The notes beneath the pieces are model-generated. The model saw only the letters and a list, made by a program, of their open reading frames with translations. It had not been told where the DNA came from and made no database searches. From a virus, in the IMG/VR virus record IMGVR_UViG_3300025009_000007: a DNA stretch of 64,000 nt. One strand, written 5' to 3'. The position numbers and the translations under genes are program-made. This document shows positions 35,637 through 45,262 of the stretch, in pieces. Positions within the stretch are counted from its first letter, which is position 1. Each line of letters opens with the position of its first letter.

Positions 35637-36168
35637 TATCTTAAATTGCAACAAAAAACATTTGGCAAAAGGATACTGTTCTACCCATTATAGCAATTTT
35701 AAAAGAACTGGGGATCCTTTATTTAAATCAAATTTGTGGCATAATATGTTTGGAACTCCAGAATATAGAGCTTGGGCTCATATGTTAGAAAGATGTAATA
35801 ATCCTAAATGTAATAGATATAAATCACATGGTGGTAGAGGAATTACTGTATGTGATGAATGGAAAGACTTTAAGATTTTCTATAAAGAAATGGGTAATAA
35901 ACCAAAAGGTAAGTATTCTTTAGATAGAATAAACAACAATGGTAACTATGAAAGCTCTAATTGTAGATGGGCCACGGATTCTCAACAAGCTGTTAATAAA
36001 AGAGTGTCTAAAAATAATACATCTGGATATAAAGGAGTTTATCTTTATGATAATAAATGGGAAGTTTGGATATTTTTGAATAAAAAGAGAATCTATGTTG
36101 GAAAATACAAAGATATCAATGATGCAATTAATGCTAGAAAACAAGCAGAATTAAAATATTACATATGA
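35623..36168 (+). CDS. HNH homing endonuclease with AP2-type DNA-binding domain
   Basis: N-terminal CSILNCNKKHLAKGYCSTHY Zn-finger pattern. HGGRGITVCDEW...LDRINNNGNYESSNCRWAT...Q..N core. AP2-like NTSGYKGVYLYDNKWEVWI. Confidence 0.7.
   Translation: MRTCSILNCNKKHLAKGYCSTHYSNFKRTGDPLFKSNLWHNMFGTPEYRAWAHMLERCNNPKCNRYKSHGGRGITVCDEWKDFKIFYKEMGNKPKGKYSLDRINNNGNYESSNCRWATDSQQAVNKRVSKNNTSGYKGVYLYDNKWEVWIFLNKKRIYVGKYKDINDAINARKQAELKYYI
35637..36164 (+). mobile_element. homing-endonuclease gene insertion splitting the ligase gene
   Basis: The insert is filled entirely by the HNH ORF, whose start and stop overlap the flanking ligase fragments. Both ligase fragments are in the same frame. Confidence 0.6.
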
Positions 36169-36590
36169 AAAAAAATTTAAAATTAGTAGAAACTATCAGA
36201 GTAAGTTCTGAAAATGATATAAATAATTGTCATACCCAATTTTTATCTGAAGGTTATGAAGGCACTATCATACGTTGGGGAAATGAAGGTTATGAAATTA
36301 ACAAGAGAAGTAAACATTTATTAAAGAAGAAAGATTTTATAGATGTGACTGCTAGAATAGTTGATGTTATTTCTTCTGAGAAAAGGCCTGAACAAGGGGT
36401 ATTAGTAATTGAGTGGCCAGGCGATAGAACTTGTAAAGCTAGTCTTAAATTTTCTCATGCTGAAAGGAAAGAGATACTGACAAATAAGGCTAATTATATA
36501 GGTCAGACAGCTGAGATACGCTTTTTCGAGTACACTGATGACGGATTAGCAAGATTTCCTGTGTGTGTAGGCTTTCGCTTAGATAAATGA
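36165..36590 (+). CDS. ATP-dependent DNA ligase, C-terminal fragment (motifs IV, V, OB region)
   Basis: Motif IV EGTIIR, motif V LLKKK. The ATG overlaps the HNH stop (ATGA). Confidence 0.75.
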   Translation: MKKNLKLVETIRVSSENDINNCHTQFLSEGYEGTIIRWGNEGYEINKRSKHLLKKKDFIDVTARIVDVISSEKRPEQGVLVIEWPGDRTCKASLKFSHAERKEILTNKANYIGQTAEIRFFEYTDDGLARFPVCVGFRLDK

Positions 36591-36599
36591 TTAATAAAT

Positions 36600-37358
36600 A
36601 TGAAAACATTTACAACAGCAGATCCTCACGGAGCAAATAAAGCACTAGTACAAGTATTGGAACGTGCTAAATTTGACTATAAAAAGGATAAACTAATATG
36701 TCTAGGAGATGTATGTGATGGCTTTTCAGAAGTAAAGGAAACATTTGAAACATTGCTTAAGATTAATAATCTTATATATATCATTGGAAATCATGACAAG
36801 TTTTTTATGGATTGGTTGGAAAGTGGCGGAAGAAGGATGCCTGAAATATGGACAAAACAGGGTGGTATTAAAACACTTAAAAGTTTTAATTATCATCCTG
36901 ATAATGTAAGCGATGATATAGCTGAATTACTATTTTCCAAATCCAACTACTACTATATTGAAAATAACAAATTATTTATTCATGGTGGATATAATTGGCA
37001 TAAACCAATTGAAGAAGAGAATGAGGATAATATGATTTGGGATAGACATATGTTTCAAACAGCTTTACAATGGCAAAGATTTAATGAAAGTATTAAGACA
37101 AAATTTACTCCCGAATCAACATTAGAAAGATTTCCTGACTACGATGAAATCTATGTTGGACATACAACTACTGGAGCAGCAAAATACTTTAATAATAAAT
37201 ATGAGAATACTGATAAACCTATATTTGCATCCAATCTAATAGCAATGGATACAGGTGCAGGTTATGAAGGAAAATTAACATTAATGAACGTAGATACAAA
37301 GGAATACTTCCAATCAAATTTAGTACAAACTTTGTACCCTGAAGAGAAAGGAAGATAA
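36600..37358 (+). CDS. calcineurin-like metallophosphoesterase (lambda-phosphatase / ApaH-like)
   Basis: DPHG, GDVCDG, GNHD, and later IHGG and GHT. Confidence 0.7.
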   Translation: MKTFTTADPHGANKALVQVLERAKFDYKKDKLICLGDVCDGFSEVKETFETLLKINNLIYIIGNHDKFFMDWLESGGRRMPEIWTKQGGIKTLKSFNYHPDNVSDDIAELLFSKSNYYYIENNKLFIHGGYNWHKPIEEENEDNMIWDRHMFQTALQWQRFNESIKTKFTPESTLERFPDYDEIYVGHTTTGAAKYFNNKYENTDKPIFASNLIAMDTGAGYEGKLTLMNVDTKEYFQSNLVQTLYPEEKGR

Positions 37359-37729
37359 TGACAGATACAGAAATTAAAGAAAATGATAAACTAATTGCTG
37401 AGTTTATGGGTATTCTAGAAAACAAATCTTTTAAAGAAATTGATAAAGAGAGATTAGAAAAAGGAATGTTTGTTGGAGAACCTATGTATGATGTAAATGG
37501 AGTTATAACTAATCTTAGATATAATTTTTCTTGGGATTGGTTAATGCCAGTAGTTGAGAAGATTGAGAATTTATATGATGGAGATGTATTGGTTGAAATT
37601 TCAGACGAGTCCTGTTACATAGGTTTACATAAGGATTATGAAAAATATTGTACAATAGAGACTAAAATACAGGCTACATGGGAAGCAGTAATCGAATTTA
37701 TCAAGTGGTATAATAAGAAAGGAAGATAA
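37358..37729 (+). CDS. hypothetical protein (123 aa)
   Basis: ORF track. ATGA-type overlap with the upstream gene. Confidence 0.55.
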   Translation: MTDTEIKENDKLIAEFMGILENKSFKEIDKERLEKGMFVGEPMYDVNGVITNLRYNFSWDWLMPVVEKIENLYDGDVLVEISDESCYIGLHKDYEKYCTIETKIQATWEAVIEFIKWYNKKGR

Positions 37730-37730
37730 T

Positions 37731-37901
37731 ATGTATGTAATAAGAAATTTAGAAACATTAAAATATTTTGATGAAGAAATATTATTGTTTAGAGATTATA
37801 AATATGCTACCAAATATTCAGGACATAAAGAAGCTAAAAATGCAGCTTTTTATACTAAAAGTAATGTTGAAATAATAGAGGTATTTGAATATGAAAATTA
37901 A
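37731..37901 (+). CDS. possible small ORF (56 aa)
   Basis: Hand-translated as MYVIRNLETLKYFDEEILLFRDYKYATKYSGHKEAKNAAFY... Below the track cutoff. Confidence 0.35.
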   Translation: MYVIRNLETLKYFDEEILLFRDYKYATKYSGHKEAKNAAFYTKSNVEIIEVFEYEN

Positions 37902-37925
37902 ATATAAATTTAATAAATACAAATT

Positions 37926-38252
37926 ATGGATTTTAAAGAATATCAAGATCGTGCATTAGCACTAGCAGTATATGGTAAAGGAAATGCTATAATATATCCT
38001 GTATTAGGATTAAATGGTGAAGCCGGAGAAGTAGCGGAAAAAGTTAAAAAGGTTCTTAGAGATAAGAATGGAGTATTTGATGATGATTCTAAATTTGAAA
38101 CAGCTAAAGAGTTAGGGGATGTACTATGGTATATCACAGCAGCAGCTAGAGATTTAGGATATGACTTAAAGCAAATAGCTTCTATAAATATTGAGAAACT
38201 TGAATCTAGACATGCTAGAAATGTTATTCATGGTAATGGTGATAATAGATAA
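37926..38252 (+). CDS. MazG-like nucleoside-triphosphate pyrophosphohydrolase
   Basis: GLNGEAGEVAEKVKK and ELGDVLWY are the EExxE/D-type metal-binding helices. Confidence 0.75.
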   Translation: MDFKEYQDRALALAVYGKGNAIIYPVLGLNGEAGEVAEKVKKVLRDKNGVFDDDSKFETAKELGDVLWYITAAARDLGYDLKQIASINIEKLESRHARNVIHGNGDNR

Positions 38253-38255
38253 TTT

Positions 38256-38855
38256 ATGAAAATTAAATATAAGTTTAATAAAGATAAATTATGGTTCGGA
38301 GCAGATTTTCATTTTTGCCATGACAATATCATCAAATACTGTAATCGCCCTTTTAAAGATGTTCAAGAAATGAATGAACAATTAATTAAAAACTGGAATA
38401 AGTTATTACAAGAAGATGATGATATAATAATTGCAGGAGATTTTATTCATTCTGGTAATTTGGAAGTGATTAATAATCTAATATCCAGATTGAATGGTAG
38501 AATGTGGTTGGTATACGGTAACCATGATTATCAAAATAGGTTAGATAGACTAATAGTTCAACATGCTCTATATCATACTTCAGATGCACTTGATTTTGAA
38601 GTTGCTGATGATGAACTTGAAGATGGTAGAATGCGATTTCATATTACACATTATCCATGTGAATATTGGACTAGAAGAGCAGTTCATTTATTTGGACATA
38701 TTCACTCTGGTCCATTATCTACAGCAAGTGAAATTCTATCATTTAAACCTATGAGATACGATATAGGCGTAGATGCTAATGATTTTAAACCTATATCTTA
38801 TGAGCAAATTAAGGTAATAATTACTAAACAATTATTAAGAGATGAAAAAGGTTAA
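38256..38855 (+). CDS. metallophosphoesterase
   Basis: GADFHFCHD, AGDFIH, YGNHD, GHIH. Confidence 0.7.
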   Translation: MKIKYKFNKDKLWFGADFHFCHDNIIKYCNRPFKDVQEMNEQLIKNWNKLLQEDDDIIIAGDFIHSGNLEVINNLISRLNGRMWLVYGNHDYQNRLDRLIVQHALYHTSDALDFEVADDELEDGRMRFHITHYPCEYWTRRAVHLFGHIHSGPLSTASEILSFKPMRYDIGVDANDFKPISYEQIKVIITKQLLRDEKG

Positions 38856-39138
38856 TCCAGATGATTTAGTAAATTGGTGGTTAGATAAATATCACAATAC
38901 TAATTTAACAAAAGTTTTGGAACACAATCCAGAATGGAAGGATAATCCAAGTAATCATGCTAGAGATTTCTATCAAAAGTATTCAGTAACTCAGAAGCAA
39001 CATGATGAATGGCAAGAATGGGCTAAGGAACATGTTAGAAAGATTACCAAACTTGGTAAAAAGATGGTAGATCGTGGCTGGGTATGGATATATTTAGATT
39101 GTGCCCCAAATGTAAGAGAAGATGAACAGAAATTATAA
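38842..39138 (+). CDS. hypothetical protein (98 aa)
   Basis: ORF track. Confidence 0.5.
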   Translation: MKKVNPDDLVNWWLDKYHNTNLTKVLEHNPEWKDNPSNHARDFYQKYSVTQKQHDEWQEWAKEHVRKITKLGKKMVDRGWVWIYLDCAPNVREDEQKL

Positions 39139-39153
39139 ACATAATACAATAAT

Positions 39154-40269
39154 ATGGACGAAACAAGAAAATTAGCACATATAGAAATTATAGATTGGAT
39201 TAAACCTATAGAAGGCGCAGATAAAATAGAAGTTTGTGGAATTCTTGGGTGGGAATGTGTAATCGCTAAAAAAGATAATTTTAAAATAGGTGATAAGGTT
39301 ATTTATTGCGAAGTAGATTCTATTATGCCAGAGAAACCAGAATATGAATTTCTTAGAGATAGAAAATTTAGAATTAGAACTATTAAACTTAAAGGACAAG
39401 TTAGTCAGGGTTTAGTAATACCTATTAATAAATATTTAACACAACCTATAAAATTAGAAGTTGGATTAGATGTTACAGAAATGCTAGGGATTATTAAATA
39501 TTTATCTCCTTCTGAAAGAGAAGAAATTAGTAAAATTGAAATTAATCAGAATAAACTTACTAAGTTTATGAAAAGATATTCTTGGTATAGAAGATTGTTC
39601 CTTAGTAGAAAGCAAAAAGAAGGATTTCCATTTTGGGTAAGTAAAACCGATGAAGAAAGAATTCAAAATATTCCTCAAGTATTACAACAATTTGCAGATA
39701 AGGAAGTTTATATTACTGAGAAAATTGATTATCAAAGTGTAACATTTACTGGTAAAATGATACCTAATACCACTCCTATAATTGGCAAATTCTTACCTAA
39801 GAAGTTTAAGTTTGTAGTATGCAGTAGGAACCTCGTTAATAATGACAAGAATAGTCTATATTGGAAGATTGCTAAGAAGTATAACATTGAACAAATTCTA
39901 CGTGAAAATCCTACATTAACTATTCAAGGTGAACAAGGTGATACAAGTGTACAAGGTAATAAATATGGTGTTAAGGAACCCTCATTTTGGGTATTCAACA
40001 TTATAGATCATGAAAAGAATTACCACTATAACTTTGAAGAAATAGCTAAATTTTGTATTAAATACGATTTAGAAAGTGTTCCCTTCTTAGGCACTGATAA
40101 GTTATTAAAATTAGGTTCGTCTGTACAAGAACTAGTTGAGTTTAGTAAATATAAATCTGTATTAGCAGATATTCCCAGAGAAGGTATTGTGGTTAGATGC
40201 ATTGAGAATGGTAAGAAGTTACTTTCATTTAAGGTGATTAATCCAGATTTTTTACTTAAATATGAGTAG
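39154..40269 (+). CDS. RNA ligase, DRB0094 / Rnl5-like family
   Basis: The N-terminal OB-like module LAHIEIIDWIKPIEGADKIEVCGILGWECVIAKKDNFKIGDKVIYCEVDSIMP is typical of that family. Candidate motif I is EKIDYQS, with Tyr where Gly is usual. Confidence 0.65.
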   Translation: MDETRKLAHIEIIDWIKPIEGADKIEVCGILGWECVIAKKDNFKIGDKVIYCEVDSIMPEKPEYEFLRDRKFRIRTIKLKGQVSQGLVIPINKYLTQPIKLEVGLDVTEMLGIIKYLSPSEREEISKIEINQNKLTKFMKRYSWYRRLFLSRKQKEGFPFWVSKTDEERIQNIPQVLQQFADKEVYITEKIDYQSVTFTGKMIPNTTPIIGKFLPKKFKFVVCSRNLVNNDKNSLYWKIAKKYNIEQILRENPTLTIQGEQGDTSVQGNKYGVKEPSFWVFNIIDHEKNYHYNFEEIAKFCIKYDLESVPFLGTDKLLKLGSSVQELVEFSKYKSVLADIPREGIVVRCIENGKKLLSFKVINPDFLLKYE

Positions 40270-40471
40270 AAGTTATAAATATCCTATATTCACGGATTAC
40301 AACAGAGGAAGTAAACAATTAGCCAATAGAAAGGTTAGACAGAGAGTTAAATCTATGTTTAGCTTTTCTAAAGGCAATTGGTATAGAAAGATATTTAATC
40401 AATATAATATATGTGAGTTTAAATTCTTTCCTCGAAATGAAAATGATAAATTAATAAGTATGAGAAAATAA
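40262..40471 (+). CDS. small basic protein (69 aa)
   Basis: ORF track. Confidence 0.45.
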   Translation: MSRSYKYPIFTDYNRGSKQLANRKVRQRVKSMFSFSKGNWYRKIFNQYNICEFKFFPRNENDKLISMRK

Positions 40472-40992
40472 TGAAGAAAACTTTAAGATTATTAGTTACT
40501 GATGAATGCCCACGTAGTTGTGAAGGATGTTGTAATAAAGATTATGATTTACCAAATCTACCAATAACAAAAAGATTTGATTATAAAGAAATTATTATAA
40601 CAGGTGGAGAACCTCTTAAATTTCCTGGTAAACTATTTGAACTAATTAAGGGATTAAGACTTGTTACAGATGCTAAAATCTATGTATATACTGCTAATAT
40701 GAGTAGTTTTACGAACGTAGCACATCTTATATCAATTACTGACGGCATCACAGTAACTTTACACGATAAAAATGATTCTGAACTTTTTACAAGATTTAAT
40801 GAGTTTGCAAGGAAAGTTAAATTTTTGTCAAATATGCCTGATAAATCTTTAAGATTAAATGTGTTCAAAGGTATATCCTATAAGAATACGGATTCTCTTT
40901 GGAAAGTTAAGGATAATATTGAATGGATAGAGAATTGTCCATTACCAGATAATGAAGAATTTAAACGATTGCATATTTTATGGAAAGACTAA
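40471..40992 (+). CDS. small radical-SAM protein (activase / QueE-like)
   Basis: CxxxCxxC in DECPRSCEGCCNK. SAM-binding-like TGGEPL. Confidence 0.6.
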   Translation: MKKTLRLLVTDECPRSCEGCCNKDYDLPNLPITKRFDYKEIIITGGEPLKFPGKLFELIKGLRLVTDAKIYVYTANMSSFTNVAHLISITDGITVTLHDKNDSELFTRFNEFARKVKFLSNMPDKSLRLNVFKGISYKNTDSLWKVKDNIEWIENCPLPDNEEFKRLHILWKD

Positions 40993-41459
40993 ATGAAAAG
41001 ATAAGTGAGATACTTAAAACGCATAAGGAAGGAGAAGCTTTCTTTAATGCACTAGATTATATTATACGAGGAGATAGAAATATATTAGGAGAATTTATGA
41101 AATTTGTTTATGCAAGTAATATGGACTTTAAAAAGTATAACTTAGTACTAAGTGGAAATTTTGGAATGGCCTTAATACAAAACTACGGGAAAGAATTATA
41201 CAATACTTTTAATAATGTATTTATAGTAACTGGAGGTGTTAGAAAGGGAAATATTCCGGAATTTTATAATACTGACTTTGGAAACAAAGACTTTATATTC
41301 TTAGATGACTCTTTTTACTCTGGAAATACCAGAAATACAATTGATAACGAAATTGATAGAATTGATTCATTTTCTCAAATAGTTCTTACTTTTGTAATTT
41401 ATGATGGTAGTCAGGAAAAGGAACATAATGTACATAGTTTATATAGATATTATGAATAA
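40980..41459 (+). CDS. phosphoribosyltransferase-like protein (tentative)
   Basis: PRPP-loop-like FIFLDDSFYSGNT. Confidence 0.45.
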   Translation: MERLNEKISEILKTHKEGEAFFNALDYIIRGDRNILGEFMKFVYASNMDFKKYNLVLSGNFGMALIQNYGKELYNTFNNVFIVTGGVRKGNIPEFYNTDFGNKDFIFLDDSFYSGNTRNTIDNEIDRIDSFSQIVLTFVIYDGSQEKEHNVHSLYRYYE

Positions 41460-41463
41460 TTTT

Positions 41464-41487
41464 AAAAGCGGAGTAATATCCGCTTTT
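41464..41487. terminator. bidirectional terminator between the convergent modules
   Basis: AAAAGCGGA (41464-41472) pairs with TCCGCTTTT (41479-41487). The stem arms carry the A run and the T run that would act as the U tract for each direction of transcription. Confidence 0.7.
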
Positions 41488-41504
41488 AAAAAATTTATCC
41501 TACG

Positions 41505-44500
41505 TTAATAAATTACCTGATTGCCTAAACTTTCCAGTCTATTTATCTGATTAATAAATGGGAATACGTTTCTAACATATCTTGTAGATTTACGTTGATG
41601 TGCATATATTCCTGTTTCATAGATATCAGTTGTTTGACCTGTAGCTAATTTAAATCCATGAGTTGTTAATCTTGACACATCTTGTACTAAATTGAATATA
41701 GGTAATGCCTGTCTTTGAAGCTTCTCAAACTCCATTGGATTAGTATAAAACATTATATCAGTTTGTAACCTACCCATTTGATTAATCCAGAATACAGTTA
41801 AATATTTATAACGCGGATCTTGCTCTTCATCGTCATCCACAATAGAAGCTCTTAATAATAATCCTATTGCTGTAGTAGTCATATATAATAATAATTCCTG
41901 TAGGTTCTTTCGTAAATTAGCAGCATCAGTTTCAGTAAATTTTCCATAGCCTACAAAGTCATCAAATTTAGTATTTTGAAATGCTAATTTACGTGCTAAA
42001 TTTTTAGTTATTTCTATAGTTGCTTGAAATGGACCAAACTCTCTAAACAATGTTGCATAACTTGTGTATCTACCTTTCTTTTCAAATCCTGCTATTTTAG
42101 AATCTTTAGTACTTCCGAATCTATCATAAAATCCCATAAATGCCCAGGTTCTAAATTGAGCTAACCCTCTACCAATCATTGTTTTTTTAATCATTAGTGG
42201 TGCATTTTCAAAATCATAATTGCCATGAACAGTTCTTACAGCTTCATCAATTTTACTCTTAATACTAAATATGTAAGAGTTCATGTCACTAAATTCAGAT
42301 TCAGCAGGTAAATTAGCTTCTTCTTTTATACTACCATCTGAATTAAATGCTTCCCATAGACTAACTTCCTTACCATCTAATGTAACCTTATTATGTAATA
42401 GCATCGCTATCATTATCTCTCCCTGGTTCATATACTCTCCAGCAGACTGAGCTGCATATGGAGCCATCCATTTAAAACGTTTACCTATTTTATTAATCTT
42501 CTGTTGAAAAATTTCATTCTTGGCTTCCTTAAGAACATCCAATCTTGTCATTAAAGCTCTAACTTTTTGACTAACTTCGGGGTTAGTGTGTAACGTACTT
42601 TGCATCATTACAGTTGTAGCTTTTCTCAACTCATCCTGGTTAAAGCGTTGTCCACCTGCAGATTCAATCCAATTACCCATCATTCCAAAAGCTCTATTGG
42701 ATATTCCTGAAAATATATTCCAACCTAATCCTTTTAATTGCACATATTTAAGTAACATGTCAAACACATTACTCCATGTACGCATTCCACCTAATTTCTC
42801 TAATTGCCCTTGTAATCTATTATCATTTTTTGTAAATTCATCTACACTAATTTCACTCTTAGATAATTTCTCAGCATTCTTTTCTATAGCAGATAAAAGT
42901 TCAGTTTTAGTCTCTTTTTCCTTAGCAGTTAATACCTTTTTTGTCTTACTTTTACCCTCAATTTTCTTCACTCTGTACCCGAAGAAGTTATCCATAAAAT
43001 GATCTGCCATATCTCTAACATTCTTTAGATCATCTGTTTTCCAACGTAATCGGTTACTCATCTTGCTATAAGTAGGTTCCTCAGCAGCACTAAGTTGTTG
43101 TTCTATTAATTCGTCAATCATATTACGACAAATCTTTATAGAATCCTCAATCTTAGCCTTATGTTTGTAAGTAGAAGTATGCAACATAAAAGCTTTAAGT
43201 GTTCTTTCCAAATCCCATGACTTATTCTGAGCTAGGTCATGCTGAATATCCTTACGCCATTCCTCTTTCATTTTATACAATTCTTCAATATCATATTTAG
43301 GATGCTCTAATTTATACTGAATAGACTTCCTATCAATATAATCAGAAATAGCTGCACTATTATTAGTTATGAAATTCGCTTGTAATTGTTTTTCATTAAC
43401 ATCTAATGGAGTTACTGCTGTAAATACATCCTCTCTTGTAGATTCCTTTATCTGACTCCATGTAGAATTTAATCCTTCTATCATACCGTCTTTCATAAAA
43501 GATTCTAATATTGATTTTCGTATATTAGGAAGTGTATTTACTTGAAAGAAATCAGTTTCATGTTCCGGTAAAAATTTAACATATTCATTTATACTTTCAA
43601 CAATATAAGTATACACTTCAAACATATCTTTATCTTGTGAAATCTGTGCAAAATTATCATCATAATACCCCAAATTCTTTCCATCCTTGTCATATTTTCT
43701 TGCAACTGTAGTTGTATATTGTTTTGAACTTGCTGCCCAAGAATTGAGTATTTTCTTCTTAGGATAACCTTCATGAGCATAATGGGCATTCCAGAAAGGA
43801 TTAAATTTTAAATTCCATGCAATCATTTCCCTTTCTACTGTTGCATCATCTCCCTCATTTAATGCACTAAGGGAATCTCGTTGTGCTGTAGCATCTTCCT
43901 GGAATCTTACTAATTTATCCTGTAATTGATCATAATAATATTGATAACCTTCTTCACCTAAATGAGTTTTTAAATACTTAATATGTTCCTGTTTATCAGA
44001 CTCCGTAAAGTTGACATCCATTTCTTCTATTTCGTCACCAACAATTTTTGCATATTCTGCAAATAATGGATGATCATAAAATAATTTTCTTGTATCTAAA
44101 GTCAAGGTAGTATTCTTTAAAGCATCCTTAAGTTCCTTATAGGCATCTTGTTGCATTTTCTTTTGCTTAACAATATCATCTTCTTTATCAGCACTTGCTA
44201 TTTTGCGTTTCCATCTACCATAAATGTATTTTTCATCTTCAAACCATTTCTGACTAAATCTCCATGTAATATCTCCTGTTTCACGCAAATCTGTATTAGA
44301 TTGTCGTTGCTTTAAAAAACGTATGAAGTCTTGTAATTTATTCTTGCTACGTAATCCTTCTATCAATTTTTCAACTGTTTCAAAATCTTCTTTAACATCT
44401 TCATGAGCATCAAAATTAGCCTTACGATTCCATTGAGACATTAACTGAAATAATGTACTATCGACCTCTGAAATATCTATAGTATTTTTAAATAGCATAT

Positions 44501-45227
44501 TTACATCTTTCATTGCTTTTTGTAACTCAACTTCCGCATCATCCCCAAACATTTGTTTAGCTTCACGATTGAGAACATCTTCAGCAATACGTATATATCT
44601 ACTTTGTAATCTGTCAGCTCTATCTCTCCAAGCTGAAAACTTAGTACGTATTTCTCCTATAATCTCATTATCTGGATTATCCAACTGCTCCATTTCACTT
44701 GATGTAAAAAATAGATGGTCTGTTCGAGAGAAATCTCCGGCTTGTTGCCATAACTTAATAGTCTTTACTAAGGCATTTAAATCATTTGCGCTAAGACCAT
44801 CTTCATAATAACGAGTCATTAGAACCTCTGCATTAATTAAATCTTCATTAGCATATTGTTCAATTTCTTCAAGAGCAGTTTTCTTACTTAAATCTATATT
44901 ATCTTGTTGTAATTTCTCTATCTTACCACGCAAAGTTTGAATTTGAGTACGTAATTCAGGTTTATTCTTAGAAGAAGATAATTCAGAATTCTTATCAGAT
45001 AATAATTTATTTAATCTTTCAATTTCACGTAAATTATTTTCTACAATAGGAAGAAATCTATTAAATTTCTTCATGTTAGTTTCAGGTTTAATACCCTTAT
45101 CAGTAAGTTGTGATACTGAAGGTATATCAAAATTATTAACTATGTAATAAGCATAAGCTCTGGATTCTGATCCTGCAAATACTACCAATTCTTTCCACTC
45201 GTTGCTACTTTTATTAGGACATTGCAT
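41505..45227 (-). CDS. large virion-associated (cargo/ejection-type) protein, 1240 aa
   Basis: Long ORF. The N-terminal MQCPNKSSNEWKELV module is shared with the RNAP gene. It sits in the giant-gene cluster typical of crAss-like phages. Confidence 0.75.
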   Translation of the reverse strand: MQCPNKSSNEWKELVVFAGSESRAYAYYIVNNFDIPSVSQLTDKGIKPETNMKKFNRFLPIVENNLREIERLNKLLSDKNSELSSSKNKPELRTQIQTLRGKIEKLQQDNIDLSKKTALEEIEQYANEDLINAEVLMTRYYEDGLSANDLNALVKTIKLWQQAGDFSRTDHLFFTSSEMEQLDNPDNEIIGEIRTKFSAWRDRADRLQSRYIRIAEDVLNREAKQMFGDDAEVELQKAMKDVNMLFKNTIDISEVDSTLFQLMSQWNRKANFDAHEDVKEDFETVEKLIEGLRSKNKLQDFIRFLKQRQSNTDLRETGDITWRFSQKWFEDEKYIYGRWKRKIASADKEDDIVKQKKMQQDAYKELKDALKNTTLTLDTRKLFYDHPLFAEYAKIVGDEIEEMDVNFTESDKQEHIKYLKTHLGEEGYQYYYDQLQDKLVRFQEDATAQRDSLSALNEGDDATVEREMIAWNLKFNPFWNAHYAHEGYPKKKILNSWAASSKQYTTTVARKYDKDGKNLGYYDDNFAQISQDKDMFEVYTYIVESINEYVKFLPEHETDFFQVNTLPNIRKSILESFMKDGMIEGLNSTWSQIKESTREDVFTAVTPLDVNEKQLQANFITNNSAAISDYIDRKSIQYKLEHPKYDIEELYKMKEEWRKDIQHDLAQNKSWDLERTLKAFMLHTSTYKHKAKIEDSIKICRNMIDELIEQQLSAAEEPTYSKMSNRLRWKTDDLKNVRDMADHFMDNFFGYRVKKIEGKSKTKKVLTAKEKETKTELLSAIEKNAEKLSKSEISVDEFTKNDNRLQGQLEKLGGMRTWSNVFDMLLKYVQLKGLGWNIFSGISNRAFGMMGNWIESAGGQRFNQDELRKATTVMMQSTLHTNPEVSQKVRALMTRLDVLKEAKNEIFQQKINKIGKRFKWMAPYAAQSAGEYMNQGEIMIAMLLHNKVTLDGKEVSLWEAFNSDGSIKEEANLPAESEFSDMNSYIFSIKSKIDEAVRTVHGNYDFENAPLMIKKTMIGRGLAQFRTWAFMGFYDRFGSTKDSKIAGFEKKGRYTSYATLFREFGPFQATIEITKNLARKLAFQNTKFDDFVGYGKFTETDAANLRKNLQELLLYMTTTAIGLLLRASIVDDDEEQDPRYKYLTVFWINQMGRLQTDIMFYTNPMEFEKLQRQALPIFNLVQDVSRLTTHGFKLATGQTTDIYETGIYAHQRKSTRYVRNVFPFINQINRLESLGNQVIY

Positions 45228-45262
45228 ATTGAATATATTTTAATTTAACACAAAGGTACTTA

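Noticed and set aside
35637-36164. Classical group I intron carrying the HNH ORF inside the ligase gene.
   Set aside because: The HNH ORF occupies the entire insert and overlaps both flanking fragments. That leaves no non-coding sequence for the P3-P9 ribozyme core. Splicing cannot be formally excluded without RNA data.
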